This document shows positions 1 to 9,909 of a DNA stretch of 64,000 bases, one piece after another. How positions within the stretch are numbered: position 1 is the stretch's first letter; each line of letters begins with the position of its first letter. The DNA comes from a bacterium. Its GTDB lineage: Bacteria; Actinomycetota; Acidimicrobiia; Acidimicrobiales; Bin134. The stretch lies in assembly GCA_026705465.1 (NCBI GenBank), contig JAPPAP010000013.1, positions 7,172-71,171 on the forward strand, given 5' to 3'. Made by a program: the position numbers and the translations under genes. A model generated the notes under the pieces. It saw only the letters and a program-made list of their open reading frames with translations. It did not search any database and was not told the DNA's origin.

Positions 1-317
1 CCGGGTACGTCGACACGGTGACTGATCTGGGCGGGCTGTGGTCGTTCACCTCGGGGGCGGCCGAAACGCTCTCCAACCAGTACGCGGCCATGCCCAGCCT
101 GCATTTCGCCTGGGCCTTGTGGTGCTACCTGGCCCTGCGCAAGCACCTGGTCCATCCGGCGGCAAGGTGGGCCATTGCCGCCTATCCCTGGCTCACGCTG
201 TTCGCCATCGTGGTGACCGCCAATCATTTTTGGATCGACGCGGTGGGCGGACTGGGCGCACTGGGTGTGGGCTGGCTCGCAGCACGGGGCTACCACGCGT
301 GGCGGGACCGCGAGTAA
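1..317 (+). CDS. PAP2-superfamily membrane phosphatase/IPC-synthase-like protein (5'-truncated by window edge)
   Basis: AMPSLH and TANHFWID motifs in hydrophobic segments; frame open from the window start. Confidence 0.75.
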   Translation, partial: GYVDTVTDLGGLWSFTSGAAETLSNQYAAMPSLHFAWALWCYLALRKHLVHPAARWAIAAYPWLTLFAIVVTANHFWIDAVGGLGALGVGWLAARGYHAWRDRE

Positions 318-347
318 CCTGAATCCCCCCAACCCGCAGGGAGGGAA

Positions 348-2192
348 ATGGACACCAATCACCTACGCAAGATCACCTGTCCAGCCGACCTCCGCCGCCT
401 GGGCGACGAGGAATTGACCGAGCTGGCCGAGGAGATCCGCGAGTTCATCGTCGACACGGTGAACGCCACCGGAGGCCATCTGGGCTCAAACCTGGGCGTA
501 GTGGAGTTGACGCTGGCCCTTCACCTGGTGTTCGACTCCCCCCGCGACATCATCCTGTGGGACACCGGCCACCAGGCCTACGTACACAAGATGCTCACCG
601 GGCGGCTGGACCAGTTCAAGACGCTGCGCCAGCCCGGCGGCCTGTCGGGATACCCGAGCCGGGAAGAGTCCCCCCACGACTGGATCGAGAACAGCCACGC
701 CTCCACCGTGTTGAGCTATGCCCACGGCCTGGCCACCGCCCAACAAGCTGACGGCGGCGACCACCGGCGGGTGATCGCCGTGGTGGGCGACGGCTCTCTC
801 ACCGGAGGGGTGGCCTTCGAGGGGCTCAACAACATCGGGCACTCGGGCTGCGATGTGACCCTCGTGCTCAACGACAACGGGCGCTCCTATGCCCCAACGA
901 TCTCCCGCCTGTCGGAGAGCCTGTTGCGGGTGCGGATGGACCCCCGCTATGTCCGCACCGACAACCAGGTTCGCAAGGTTCTTCAGAACATCCCCTGGGT
1001 GGGCGACCTGGCCGGCCGGACTGTCGGGGCCGCAAAGGCCGCGGTGCGGGAGATGGTGGAGCCCCGCACGTTCTTCGACGAGCTGGGCATCAGCTACTTC
1101 GGCCCGTTCGACGGCCATGACTTGGCCAAGCTGGAGCGGGTGTTCAGCCGGGTCTCCCATCTCGAGGGGCCGTGCTTGGTGCATGTGCTCACCCAGAAGG
1201 GCCGGGGATACGCCCCGGCCGAGAACGACCCGGTCAAGAACATGCACGACACCTCGTACGCCAAGCCGGGGAGCTACACCGAGGCGTTCACCACTGCGCT
1301 GATCAAGGAGGCCGAGGCCCGACCCGAGCTGGTGGCCATCACCGCGGCCATGCCCGACTCCACCGGGCTGTTGCCGTTCGCCGAGCGATTCCCCGAGCGC
1401 TGCTTCGACGTGGGCATCGCCGAGCAGCACGCGGTGACTGCGGCGGCGGGCATGGCGATGGGCGGGCTTCGCCCGGTAGTGGCCATCTACTCCACGTTTT
1501 TGACCCGGGCCATCGACCAGGTGAACCTCGATGTGGGGCTGCACGGCCAACCGGTAGTGTTCTGCCTGGATCGGGCCGGAATCACCGGCGACGACGGTCC
1601 GTCGCACCACGGCGTGCTCGACATGGTGCTGCTCACCAAGATCCCCGGCATGACCGTGCTGGCCCCGTCGTCGTATCAGGAACTCCAGCAGATGCTGCAC
1701 GACGCCCTGGAGATCACCACCGGCCCGGTGGCCCTGCGGTGGGCCAAGACCGCGGCCCCATCGGTGCCGGAGCAGCAGGTGGGCTTCGGGCTCAAGGGTC
1801 GCAAGGTGCGAGAGGGCTCCGACGTGTGCCTGCTGTCGGTGGGCAAGATGCTGGAATCGGCAGAAGAAGCCGCCGATTTGCTGGAAGCCGACGGCGTGTC
1901 GGCCACCGTGTGGGACATCCGCTGTGTCAAGCCCCTCGACGAGGACATGCTGGCCGACGCCGCCCGCCATAAGGCGGTAGTGACCATCGAAGACGGCTGG
2001 CAAGAGGGGGGCGCAGGCAGCTCTGTGGCCCACCACTTGGCCCACTCCGGTCGCGAGGGGCCATTGCCGGCTATCCGGGTACTGGGGGTGCCCAACCAGT
2101 ACCTCCCCCAGGGCAAACCCGACCAGATCCTGGCCGATTGCGGTCTCGATGCCGCCGGTATCGCCGCCTCTGCCCGTCAAGCGCTCGCATGA
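348..2192 (+). CDS. dxs: 1-deoxy-D-xylulose-5-phosphate synthase
   Basis: GGHLGSNLG, WDTGHQAY, GDGSLTGG..N TPP motif, DVGIAEQH, DRAG..DGPSHH; GGAGGG RBS. Confidence 0.97.
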   Translation: MDTNHLRKITCPADLRRLGDEELTELAEEIREFIVDTVNATGGHLGSNLGVVELTLALHLVFDSPRDIILWDTGHQAYVHKMLTGRLDQFKTLRQPGGLSGYPSREESPHDWIENSHASTVLSYAHGLATAQQADGGDHRRVIAVVGDGSLTGGVAFEGLNNIGHSGCDVTLVLNDNGRSYAPTISRLSESLLRVRMDPRYVRTDNQVRKVLQNIPWVGDLAGRTVGAAKAAVREMVEPRTFFDELGISYFGPFDGHDLAKLERVFSRVSHLEGPCLVHVLTQKGRGYAPAENDPVKNMHDTSYAKPGSYTEAFTTALIKEAEARPELVAITAAMPDSTGLLPFAERFPERCFDVGIAEQHAVTAAAGMAMGGLRPVVAIYSTFLTRAIDQVNLDVGLHGQPVVFCLDRAGITGDDGPSHHGVLDMVLLTKIPGMTVLAPSSYQELQQMLHDALEITTGPVALRWAKTAAPSVPEQQVGFGLKGRKVREGSDVCLLSVGKMLESAEEAADLLEADGVSATVWDIRCVKPLDEDMLADAARHKAVVTIEDGWQEGGAGSSVAHHLAHSGREGPLPAIRVLGVPNQYLPQGKPDQILADCGLDAAGIAASARQALA

Positions 2193-2249
2193 CCGACGGA
2201 CGAGGGATTTCTCCGGCCGCGGCTCAGCCCGCGGCGCGAAAAAGGATGG

Positions 2250-3947
2250 CTAGCTGCGGATGAGGGTGCCGGGGCGGTTGCCGGTGGGTTGGCCGTCTCG
2301 GAAGGTGACCTCTCCGGCGCAGATGGTGGCGTCGTAGCCGTCGGCGGATTGCAGCAGGCGGCAGGCCCCGGTGGGCAGGTCGCCCACCACCTCGGGCAGA
2401 TGCAGGCGCATGTTGTCGAGGTCGATCACGTTGATGTCGGCCCGCTTGCCTTTGGCCAGCACGCCCCGGTCGTCGAAGGAGTACAGCTCGGCCGGCTCGG
2501 CGGTGAGCATCCTCACCGCCTCGGCGATGGACAGCTTCGGCCCCCGCTGGCGGTCGCGCACCCAGTGCTGGAGCATGTAGGTGGGCAGGCTGGCGTCGGA
2601 GATCACACTGCAATGGGCTCCGCCGTCGGCCAGACCGACCACGGTCATGGGGTGCACCATCATCTCCCGCAGGTCCTCCAGATCGCCGTGGCGATAGCCG
2701 GTGAAGAACACCTGGAGCATCCCCCGCTCGCACATCAGGTCGTAGACCAGCTCGATGACGTCGTCCCCGGTGCGATCAGCCATGGCGGCCACCGATTCGG
2801 AGGGGTCGGGCTCGAATACTGGACCCCCGTCGAAGGGGAACGTGGCGTGGAGGGAATGGCGCAGGATGCCCATGGCCGGATCGCCGGGGATGTTCTCGGA
2901 CAAGATGGCAGACCGCACCTCGGGGCGGCGCAGCTCAGCCAACCGCTCCTTCAGCGGCAAACCATCTAGCGGCTCATAGGTGGGCCGCTTCTTGAACGGG
3001 TTGAACTGGTCCCATCCAGCCAACAGCCCGCCGGGGCGGCCCTGCACCTGCGGCACCAGCTTGGCCCCCTCGGCGTTGGCCCGCTCCACAATGTCCATCT
3101 GCTCGCGCCACTGGCCGGCGTTGACGTGGACCTGGACCATGGTGAAAGTGATGGCCCGGCCGGTCTCCAGGCTGAGACGCCGATAGAGCTCCACCTCCCT
3201 GATGGGAGCGTCGGGGTCCTCGCCCATCGAGCCCGCCGGCACCACCTCCACCAGCGAGTGGCCGTCGAGCGCGCTCATGATGGCGGCCAGCTCTTCGTGG
3301 TCGGCAAACGTCCCCGGCACCGGCACCCCCGACAGCGAGGTGTGCATGGGCAGCCGGTTGGTGGAGAACGCCACTGCGCCAGCCTGGGTTCCCTCGCCCA
3401 CGATGCGGGCCATCTCGGCCAGCTCCGCTGCGGTGGCCGACTCGGTGGTGGCTCCCCGGTCGCCCATCACATAGGCCCGCACCGCTCCGTGGGGAACTTG
3501 GGCGGCCACGTCGATGGTGCGGCCCATTCGCTCCAGCTCGTCGAGGTACTCGGGGAAGGTCTCCCACCGCCAGGTGATCCCCTCTGACAGGGCCGCGCCC
3601 GGGATGTCCTCCACACCCTCCATCAGCTCGATCAGCCAGTCGTGGCGGCTGGGGTCGGCGGGCGCGAACCCCACCCCGCAGTTGCCCATCACAACCGTGG
3701 TCACCCCGTGCCACGCCGACGGGGCCATGATCGGATCCCAGGTGGCCTGGCCGTCGTAGTGGGTGTGGACGTCCACAAACCCCGGAGTCACATACCGGCC
3801 CGCGGCCTCGATCACCTGGGCGGCCTCAGCGTCGATGCGGTTCTCAACGGCGGCCACCCGGCCATCGGCCACCGCCACATCGGCCACCGTGGGCGCAGCC
3901 CCCGTGCCGTCGACAACGGTGCCTCCGCGAATCAACAAATCAAACAT
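2250..3947 (-). CDS. N-acyl-D-amino-acid deacylase family amidohydrolase
   Basis: [25 protein letters not shown] motifs. Confidence 0.9.
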   Translation of the reverse strand: MFDLLIRGGTVVDGTGAAPTVADVAVADGRVAAVENRIDAEAAQVIEAAGRYVTPGFVDVHTHYDGQATWDPIMAPSAWHGVTTVVMGNCGVGFAPADPSRHDWLIELMEGVEDIPGAALSEGITWRWETFPEYLDELERMGRTIDVAAQVPHGAVRAYVMGDRGATTESATAAELAEMARIVGEGTQAGAVAFSTNRLPMHTSLSGVPVPGTFADHEELAAIMSALDGHSLVEVVPAGSMGEDPDAPIREVELYRRLSLETGRAITFTMVQVHVNAGQWREQMDIVERANAEGAKLVPQVQGRPGGLLAGWDQFNPFKKRPTYEPLDGLPLKERLAELRRPEVRSAILSENIPGDPAMGILRHSLHATFPFDGGPVFEPDPSESVAAMADRTGDDVIELVYDLMCERGMLQVFFTGYRHGDLEDLREMMVHPMTVVGLADGGAHCSVISDASLPTYMLQHWVRDRQRGPKLSIAEAVRMLTAEPAELYSFDDRGVLAKGKRADINVIDLDNMRLHLPEVVGDLPTGACRLLQSADGYDATICAGEVTFRDGQPTGNRPGTLIRS

Positions 3948-4012
3948 GGGGCTATTTTGCCAGCCCGCGCCGACAGCACCTAGTGGGCGAGCGCGTCAAA
4001 TGAGAAAAGAAG

Positions 4013-4636
4013 TCAGGCCCGGGCGAAATAGGGGTTGTCGCCGGCCTCGTGGTCGGTGGCGTCCACCACATCGGTGATCTCGGGGATGGCCTCGGTGATC
4101 ATCACGGTGATGCCTTCCCGGAGGGTGGCCGCGCTCATGGCGCAACCCTGGCAGCCGCCGCCCATGGTGATATAAGCGGTGGATCCCTCCACCCCCAGCA
4201 AGTTGGCGAACCCACCGTGGGAGGCCAGCGAGGGATTGATGTGCTGGTCCAGCAGCTGTTGGAGCTGCTCAGGAATGGTGCCGGAAAGCTCCAAATCGGC
4301 CCCGGCCAGAAGATCGGGCTTGTTGGGGTTGCGAATGACCAGCCCGCCCTGCATGGGGTTGTTGGGAAGGTCCAGGGTGGCCCCGGTCAGATTCTCCACC
4401 GAGTCCTCGGGGATCATCACCGTGAGGCCCTCAGATGTGATGTGACGGTGGCCCTCGGCGCAGTCGGCCACCTCCTCGAACGCCAGGTCGTAGGTGTAAT
4501 CGGCACCGCTCACGCCGGTGATCTCGATGCGCAGGCCGAGGGCTTCGGGGTCATCCTCGTTCGATCGGATTTCAAGCACCTTGTCAATGGCTGCTTCGGT
4601 GACTTCGAACAGTTGGGCTTCCACGGTTTCGCTCAC
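4013..4636 (-). CDS. nfuA: Fe-S biogenesis protein NfuA-like (degenerate HesB/A-type domain + NifU C-terminal domain)
   Basis: INPSLASHGG and GGGCQGC motifs; leaderless GTG with TAGCCT 7 nt upstream. Confidence 0.85.
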   Translation of the reverse strand: MSETVEAQLFEVTEAAIDKVLEIRSNEDDPEALGLRIEITGVSGADYTYDLAFEEVADCAEGHRHITSEGLTVMIPEDSVENLTGATLDLPNNPMQGGLVIRNPNKPDLLAGADLELSGTIPEQLQQLLDQHINPSLASHGGFANLLGVEGSTAYITMGGGCQGCAMSAATLREGITVMITEAIPEITDVVDATDHEAGDNPYFARA

Positions 4637-4699
4637 AAACCCAAGGCTATCCGAGCCCGGCCCCCGACACCACGGCCCGAACGCCGGATTCCTCCAGCA

Positions 4700-5518
4700 T
4701 CAGCCTCGTCGAATGCGGCCTCGCAGCGCCCGGAAGGCCAGTGATTGGGCCAAGATCCCCACCACGGCGATGGCCAACAGCGCCCGCCCCAGCGCCCAGC
4801 CGTCCCACCCGGAGAACAGCGAGCGCATCCCCTCCAGGGCATAGGTCATGGGATTGAACCAGGTGATAGCGGCCAGCCAGTCGGTCATCACGTCGCGGCT
4901 CACCCAGGCGGTGGTCAAGAACATGAAGGGGAAGAACAGCAAGAAGCTGGAGTTGACCGCGCCCGGGTTCCCGGTGCGCAGCGCGATGGCGTAGGGGAAA
5001 CCGGTGAAGGCCAAACCCCACAGCGCCCCGAACAGCACGAACACCACCAGGCCCACCACCCCAGTGGCCCCAAAGCCCACGCCGATGGCGAAACCCAGCG
5101 CGATCACCGGTATGGCCATCACCACGAACAGGGTGAAATCGGCCACCATGAGTCCCAGCAACAGGGCATAGCGGTTGACCGGGGTCATCAGGAGACGGTC
5201 GAAATACCCCTCGGATATGTCAATCACCAGGGCATTGGCCCGGGACATGCCGGTGACCGCGGTCATGATGGCCACCGGCAGTTGAAAGGCCTTGTAGTCG
5301 ATATCGGAGATCACGTCGCCGGCCAGGTTCTGGATAGCCCCGATGGTGACCACCAAGAAGAACAGGGGAATCAGCATGGCGGGGATGATCGCCTCCAGGT
5401 CGCGAGGCAAGAGCCGAAGCGCCCGGCTGGACACTGAGGCCATGTCGCTGAAGAATCCCGATGGGCGGGCTCGGATCACCTCGCGAGCAGGCGGGCTGGA
5501 GAGGGCGGTCTCGCTCAT
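4700..5518 (-). CDS. ABC-2 type exporter permease
   Basis: Several TM segments, NPMTY motif; overlaps the ATPase stop by 4 nt. Confidence 0.9.
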   Translation of the reverse strand: MSETALSSPPAREVIRARPSGFFSDMASVSSRALRLLPRDLEAIIPAMLIPLFFLVVTIGAIQNLAGDVISDIDYKAFQLPVAIMTAVTGMSRANALVIDISEGYFDRLLMTPVNRYALLLGLMVADFTLFVVMAIPVIALGFAIGVGFGATGVVGLVVFVLFGALWGLAFTGFPYAIALRTGNPGAVNSSFLLFFPFMFLTTAWVSRDVMTDWLAAITWFNPMTYALEGMRSLFSGWDGWALGRALLAIAVVGILAQSLAFRALRGRIRRG

Positions 5519-6456
5519 TCCTCCACCTCGATTCGGGCTCCGGTGAGCTCCAAGAACACGTCATCGAGCGTGGTGGGATGGATCGACAGATCGCTCACCT
5601 CCACCCCGGCGGCCGACAACGCCACCGCCACCGGGCTGACCACCGATGCCCCATCGCCGGTGGCCGCGCTCACCTCGTTGCCGTAGACCTCGATGTGGCT
5701 GACCCCCGGCACTTTGCCGATGGCCGCTGCGGCCGCCTCAGGGTCACCCGCCACCCGGGCCACCACCACATCAGAGCCCACCGTGCGCTTGAGCTCATCG
5801 GGCGCCCCTTCGGCCACCAGACGGCCTTCGTTCAAGATGCCCACCCGATGGGTAAGCGCATCGGCCTCCTCCAGGTACTGGGTGGTGAGGAAGATGGTCA
5901 TGCCCAATTCGCGGTTCAGGCGCCGGATCTGCTCCCACACCACCGCCCGACTGATGGGATCGAGGCCGGTGGTGGGCTCATCGAGGAACAGCACGTCGGG
6001 GTTGTGCATCAGCGCCGCGGCCAGGTCCAAGCGTCGCTTCATGCCCCCCGAGTATGTGGATACCCGTCGGTCGATGGCGTCCATCTCCAGCAGGGGAGCC
6101 AGCTCCTCTATGCGGGTGGCGATGGCACCCCGCTCCAGGCCGTAGTAGCGGCCTTGCAGGGTGAGCGTCTCCCGGCCGGTGAGCTTGCCGTCGAGGGCGG
6201 CGTCCTGGAGGGCCACCCCGATGCTCAGACGCACTTGATCGCCCTCGGTGGCTACGTCGAAGCCGGCCACCGAGGCCGACCCCGCGGTCATAGACGCCAG
6301 GGTGCACAGCATCCGCACCACGGTGGACTTGCCTGCACCGTTGGGACCCAAGAATCCGTAGATCTCCCCCGCTGCCACCTCGAGGTCGAGCGAGTCCACC
6401 GCCACCACCTCGCCATAGGTTCGGCGCAGCCCCCGGGCAGAAATGGCTGACGGCAC
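5515..6456 (-). CDS. ABC exporter ATP-binding protein (DrrA-like)
   Basis: GPNGAGKS, YSGGM, LFLDEPTTGLD; start moved to GTG 6456 (TAGCAT upstream). Confidence 0.92.
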   Translation of the reverse strand: MPSAISARGLRRTYGEVVAVDSLDLEVAAGEIYGFLGPNGAGKSTVVRMLCTLASMTAGSASVAGFDVATEGDQVRLSIGVALQDAALDGKLTGRETLTLQGRYYGLERGAIATRIEELAPLLEMDAIDRRVSTYSGGMKRRLDLAAALMHNPDVLFLDEPTTGLDPISRAVVWEQIRRLNRELGMTIFLTTQYLEEADALTHRVGILNEGRLVAEGAPDELKRTVGSDVVVARVAGDPEAAAAAIGKVPGVSHIEVYGNEVSAATGDGASVVSPVAVALSAAGVEVSDLSIHPTTLDDVFLELTGARIEVEE

Positions 6457-6500
6457 AGCCAATGATGCTACAAGCGACCAGTGGGATATTCTCATCGCCC

Positions 6501-7217
6501 ATGTCGGAGACAAGCTGCCCTTCAGTCAGCTACGAGCTGAACGGCGACGTGGCCGTGGTCCGCGTGGACGACGGCAAAGTGAACGTGTTGACCCATGAAG
6601 TGATCGCCGCCCTGCACGAATCGCTGGACCGGGCCGAACAAGAGGCCAAAGCGGTGGTGATGGCGGGCAGGCCCGGCAAATTCACCGCTGGTTTCGATTT
6701 GAAGGTGATGCAGTCGGGCCCCGAGGCGGCCAGAGACCTGTTCCGGGCCGGCATGGACCTGTTTGTACGGCAATACGAGTTCCCCATTCCGGTAGTGGCC
6801 GCCTGCACCGGCCACGCCTTTGCCGCCGGGGCCATCTGGCTCATGAGCTGCGACGTGCGCATCGGCGCTGACACCGACACCAAGATCGGGCTTAACGAGA
6901 CCGCCATCGGCATGGTGCTGCCCACCTCAGTGGTCACCCTGGCCCGGGATCGGCTGTCGCCTCGCCATGTCCACTCCTCAGTGCTTCTGGCCCGGCTTTA
7001 TTCCCCGGCCGAAGCGGCCGAGGTCGGCTATTTGGACTGGGTGGTACCCGAAGATGAGCTCGAAGAAGCTGCGCTAGCCGAGGCCGCCGGGCTGGCCGAG
7101 GGCCTGGCATTGAAGGCGTTCGCCGGCACCCGGCGCGTGATCCGGGGGCCGGTGGCCACCTCGATCAGGGAGATGCTCGACGGCGACACCCGGTCGTTCA
7201 CCGTCGGATTGACCTGA
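6501..7217 (+). CDS. Crotonase/enoyl-CoA hydratase family protein
   Basis: FTAGFDL, CTGHAFAAGA, IGLNETAIG motifs. Confidence 0.9.
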   Translation: MSETSCPSVSYELNGDVAVVRVDDGKVNVLTHEVIAALHESLDRAEQEAKAVVMAGRPGKFTAGFDLKVMQSGPEAARDLFRAGMDLFVRQYEFPIPVVAACTGHAFAAGAIWLMSCDVRIGADTDTKIGLNETAIGMVLPTSVVTLARDRLSPRHVHSSVLLARLYSPAEAAEVGYLDWVVPEDELEEAALAEAAGLAEGLALKAFAGTRRVIRGPVATSIREMLDGDTRSFTVGLT

Positions 7218-7243
7218 CAAGCGACACCAGGAGGAATGCAACC

Positions 7244-8041
7244 ATGAGCGAACCAGTCGTCGAACTGCTCGAGTCGGTCTGGGATTCCATCGCCCGCCTG
7301 GGCGCCGACTTGAGCGATGAGCAGTGGGACACGCCCACCGAGTGCCCCGGCTGGTCGGTGCGCGACCAAGTGAGCCACATCGTCGGCCTCGAGCGGATGC
7401 TGGCCGGAGAGAGCCCCGAGCCCCCCGCCACCGAGGGAGGCCTCGAGGGCATCGCCGCCTTCAACGAGGGCCAGATCGCTCCCCGCCGGTCCCGTCCCGG
7501 CGCCGAGGTGCTGGCCGAGATGAACGACATTTGCACCCGACGACTGGAGATGCTGCGCAACCTGCCCCCGGAGAAGTGGGACGAGGTGGGCTTCACCCCT
7601 ATCGGCGACGCCCCCTACCGCACCTTCATGCACATCCGGGTGTTCGACTGCTGGGCCCACGAACAGGACATGCGCCGGGCGCTGGGCATCCCCGGCCACC
7701 TCAGCGGCCCGGTAGTCCAGCACTGCTTGGACTGGCATGCCCGCAACATGGGCTACGTGGTTGGCAAGAAGGCGGGCGCCCCCGAGGGCAGCACGGTGGT
7801 GTTCGCCATCGACGGCGATGCCGACGGTCCCCGATGCGTGGCGGTGACCGACGGCCGGGCCAAGCCATCGGCGGCGGTCGAGAACCCGACCGTTACCGTG
7901 CACACCGACGTGGACACCTACAACGCGCTGTGCTGCGGTCGCACCGATCCCGCCGGTGCGGTGGCCGCCGGGTTGGTGACCTTCACCGGCGACCGCGAGC
8001 TAGGCGAGCGGGTGGCGCTAGCCCTGGCCTACGTTTCGTGA
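7244..8041 (+). CDS. Mycothiol-dependent maleylpyruvate isomerase (MDMPI) family protein
   Basis: TECPGWSVRDQVSH and DCWAHEQD; AGGAGG RBS. Confidence 0.88.
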   Translation: MSEPVVELLESVWDSIARLGADLSDEQWDTPTECPGWSVRDQVSHIVGLERMLAGESPEPPATEGGLEGIAAFNEGQIAPRRSRPGAEVLAEMNDICTRRLEMLRNLPPEKWDEVGFTPIGDAPYRTFMHIRVFDCWAHEQDMRRALGIPGHLSGPVVQHCLDWHARNMGYVVGKKAGAPEGSTVVFAIDGDADGPRCVAVTDGRAKPSAAVENPTVTVHTDVDTYNALCCGRTDPAGAVAAGLVTFTGDRELGERVALALAYVS

Positions 8042-8049
8042 CCGCCTGA

Positions 8050-9906
8050 TCACTCGGCCGCGGCCATCCGGGCCTCAAGTTCGAGCGCCCTCGGGCTGAC
8101 TGACAAATCGAAGTTGGTGCTGCCCAACGTCCCGGGATTCCACACCTCCCGGTCCACCAGCCAGTTACCCCAGCCCGAGAACCAGCCGTCTTGGTACGAC
8201 TCGAACTGGGGCGCCCACCAGTCCCGCAGCGGCATGCGGATGGTTTCATGATCGGCCAGGTCGGGAGCGGAGTCGGCGATCTTGCTCTCGGCCAGGGCGA
8301 GGACGAAGTCGGCGGAGGCGTGCTGCGCCGAGGCGCTGTCGATCCACTGGAGCCCTTCGTAGTCCCGGAAATACCACAGGTTGGGCACTGATATAGCGGT
8401 GTCCACCGCCACCGTCACCGGGCCCTCGCCGATCGCCTTGCTGTAGGTGTTGAGAGCCTCGATGCGGTGCACGGTGTCGATGTAGTCGTCGGTGGTGTGG
8501 ACCTGGGTTAGAAGCTCCCGGGGGTCGCGCTGGTTCACATAGTTGGTTCTCCACGCGAAGAAGAGCGTGGTGGCCACCAGCCCGGCCACTACCACCCACA
8601 CCGGCAGCATCCACGCCTTCTTCCGGGCCCGCCACAGCACGGCTGCGCCGTAGCCGGCCAGGAAGGCCATGGGCACCAGGATGTGCAGCGCCAGCCAGGG
8701 AAACCGCTCGCTGGCCCAGGAGTATGAGAACCAACTGGCCACCGCGGTCCACACCATGAACTTGCCGACGAAGGTGGGATTGCGGAACACGTGGACCGTG
8801 CCGATCACCGCCAGGATGCATACCAGGTACTCGTACAGCGGAATGGTGTACAGGTAGTAGTGCCACGGCTCGCCGCCCCGGTTGGTGTCCTGCTCGCCCC
8901 GCCAGTAGGTGAGGCCCTCGGTGAACCCGTCGGCAAAGCCCCCGGGCTCTCTGAAGAACTCCGTGAACCACAGGGTGAAGAAAAACAGGAACACCGCGCC
9001 AGCCAGCGCCCAACCCCACCCGGGCACCCGCCGGACGGCCCGCACCACCGGGAGCTCCCATATCGACTGAGGGCTGGCCAACATGAGCACAACCATCACC
9101 ATGAGCACCCCGTAGATGCCCAGGGTGAGAAACACCTCCACGTCGTAGTAGCCGCTGAACCCGAAGGCGATGCCCATAGGCACCAGCCCCGCGGGCAGCA
9201 TCCACGACCACCCGGCAACCCCACTCCGGTTCTCCCCGGCGCTTTCCCTGCTCGACTGCTGGACCGCCTGTTCGGCCAGCAGGGCCAAGAAGAAGCCGCC
9301 GAAGATGAACACCACGATGAACGTGGTCTCTTTGACCGCGAAGCCCGCAGCCAGCAAGAACCCCAGCAGCGCCGGCAGCAGCAGCCGAGGGCGGTCCAAG
9401 AACCGCACGATCACCACCATCATGGCCAGGGTGATGAACGCGGTGAGCGAGTCCTCCCGGCCCAGCCGGGTCATGTAGAGGGCGATGGGGCTGAACGCCA
9501 GCACCGCACATGCGGTCAGCGTGGCCGCCCGACCGAGGGATTGGCGCAAGAACCACGGCAGCACGATCAGCCCCACCCCGGCCAGAACCGCCACCATGCG
9601 GGCGGTGGTGTGCGATTCTCCGAACCTCCAGAACAGTCCGGCGGTCAGATAGAACCGCAGCGGCCCGTGGTACACCGGGTCGTATCCCTCATAGGTGTTG
9701 TTGAGGAACTTCCACGAGTACCAGGCGTCGATGCTCTCGTCGTGGTGGAGGGGCCGCTCGGCCAGCTCCACCAACCGCAGCACCAGCCCGGCCACCGCCA
9801 TCATGCCAACGGCAAGGGCCAGCGCCGTCTCCGGACGGCGGCGCCAGATCTCCGTTGGGCGCCAGCTCTCCAACGCCACGTCTCGCTCGCCGATTATCGC
9901 TCGCAC
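8050..9906 (-). CDS. TIGR03663/Agl23-like polytopic membrane protein (GT-C/PMT-like)
   Basis: RPLHHDE, YDPVYHGP, RED, KE motifs; many TM helices. Confidence 0.75.
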   Translation of the reverse strand: MRAIIGERDVALESWRPTEIWRRRPETALALAVGMMAVAGLVLRLVELAERPLHHDESIDAWYSWKFLNNTYEGYDPVYHGPLRFYLTAGLFWRFGESHTTARMVAVLAGVGLIVLPWFLRQSLGRAATLTACAVLAFSPIALYMTRLGREDSLTAFITLAMMVVIVRFLDRPRLLLPALLGFLLAAGFAVKETTFIVVFIFGGFFLALLAEQAVQQSSRESAGENRSGVAGWSWMLPAGLVPMGIAFGFSGYYDVEVFLTLGIYGVLMVMVVLMLASPQSIWELPVVRAVRRVPGWGWALAGAVFLFFFTLWFTEFFREPGGFADGFTEGLTYWRGEQDTNRGGEPWHYYLYTIPLYEYLVCILAVIGTVHVFRNPTFVGKFMVWTAVASWFSYSWASERFPWLALHILVPMAFLAGYGAAVLWRARKKAWMLPVWVVVAGLVATTLFFAWRTNYVNQRDPRELLTQVHTTDDYIDTVHRIEALNTYSKAIGEGPVTVAVDTAISVPNLWYFRDYEGLQWIDSASAQHASADFVLALAESKIADSAPDLADHETIRMPLRDWWAPQFESYQDGWFSGWGNWLVDREVWNPGTLGSTNFDLSVSPRALELEARMAAAE

Positions 9907-9909
9907 CGC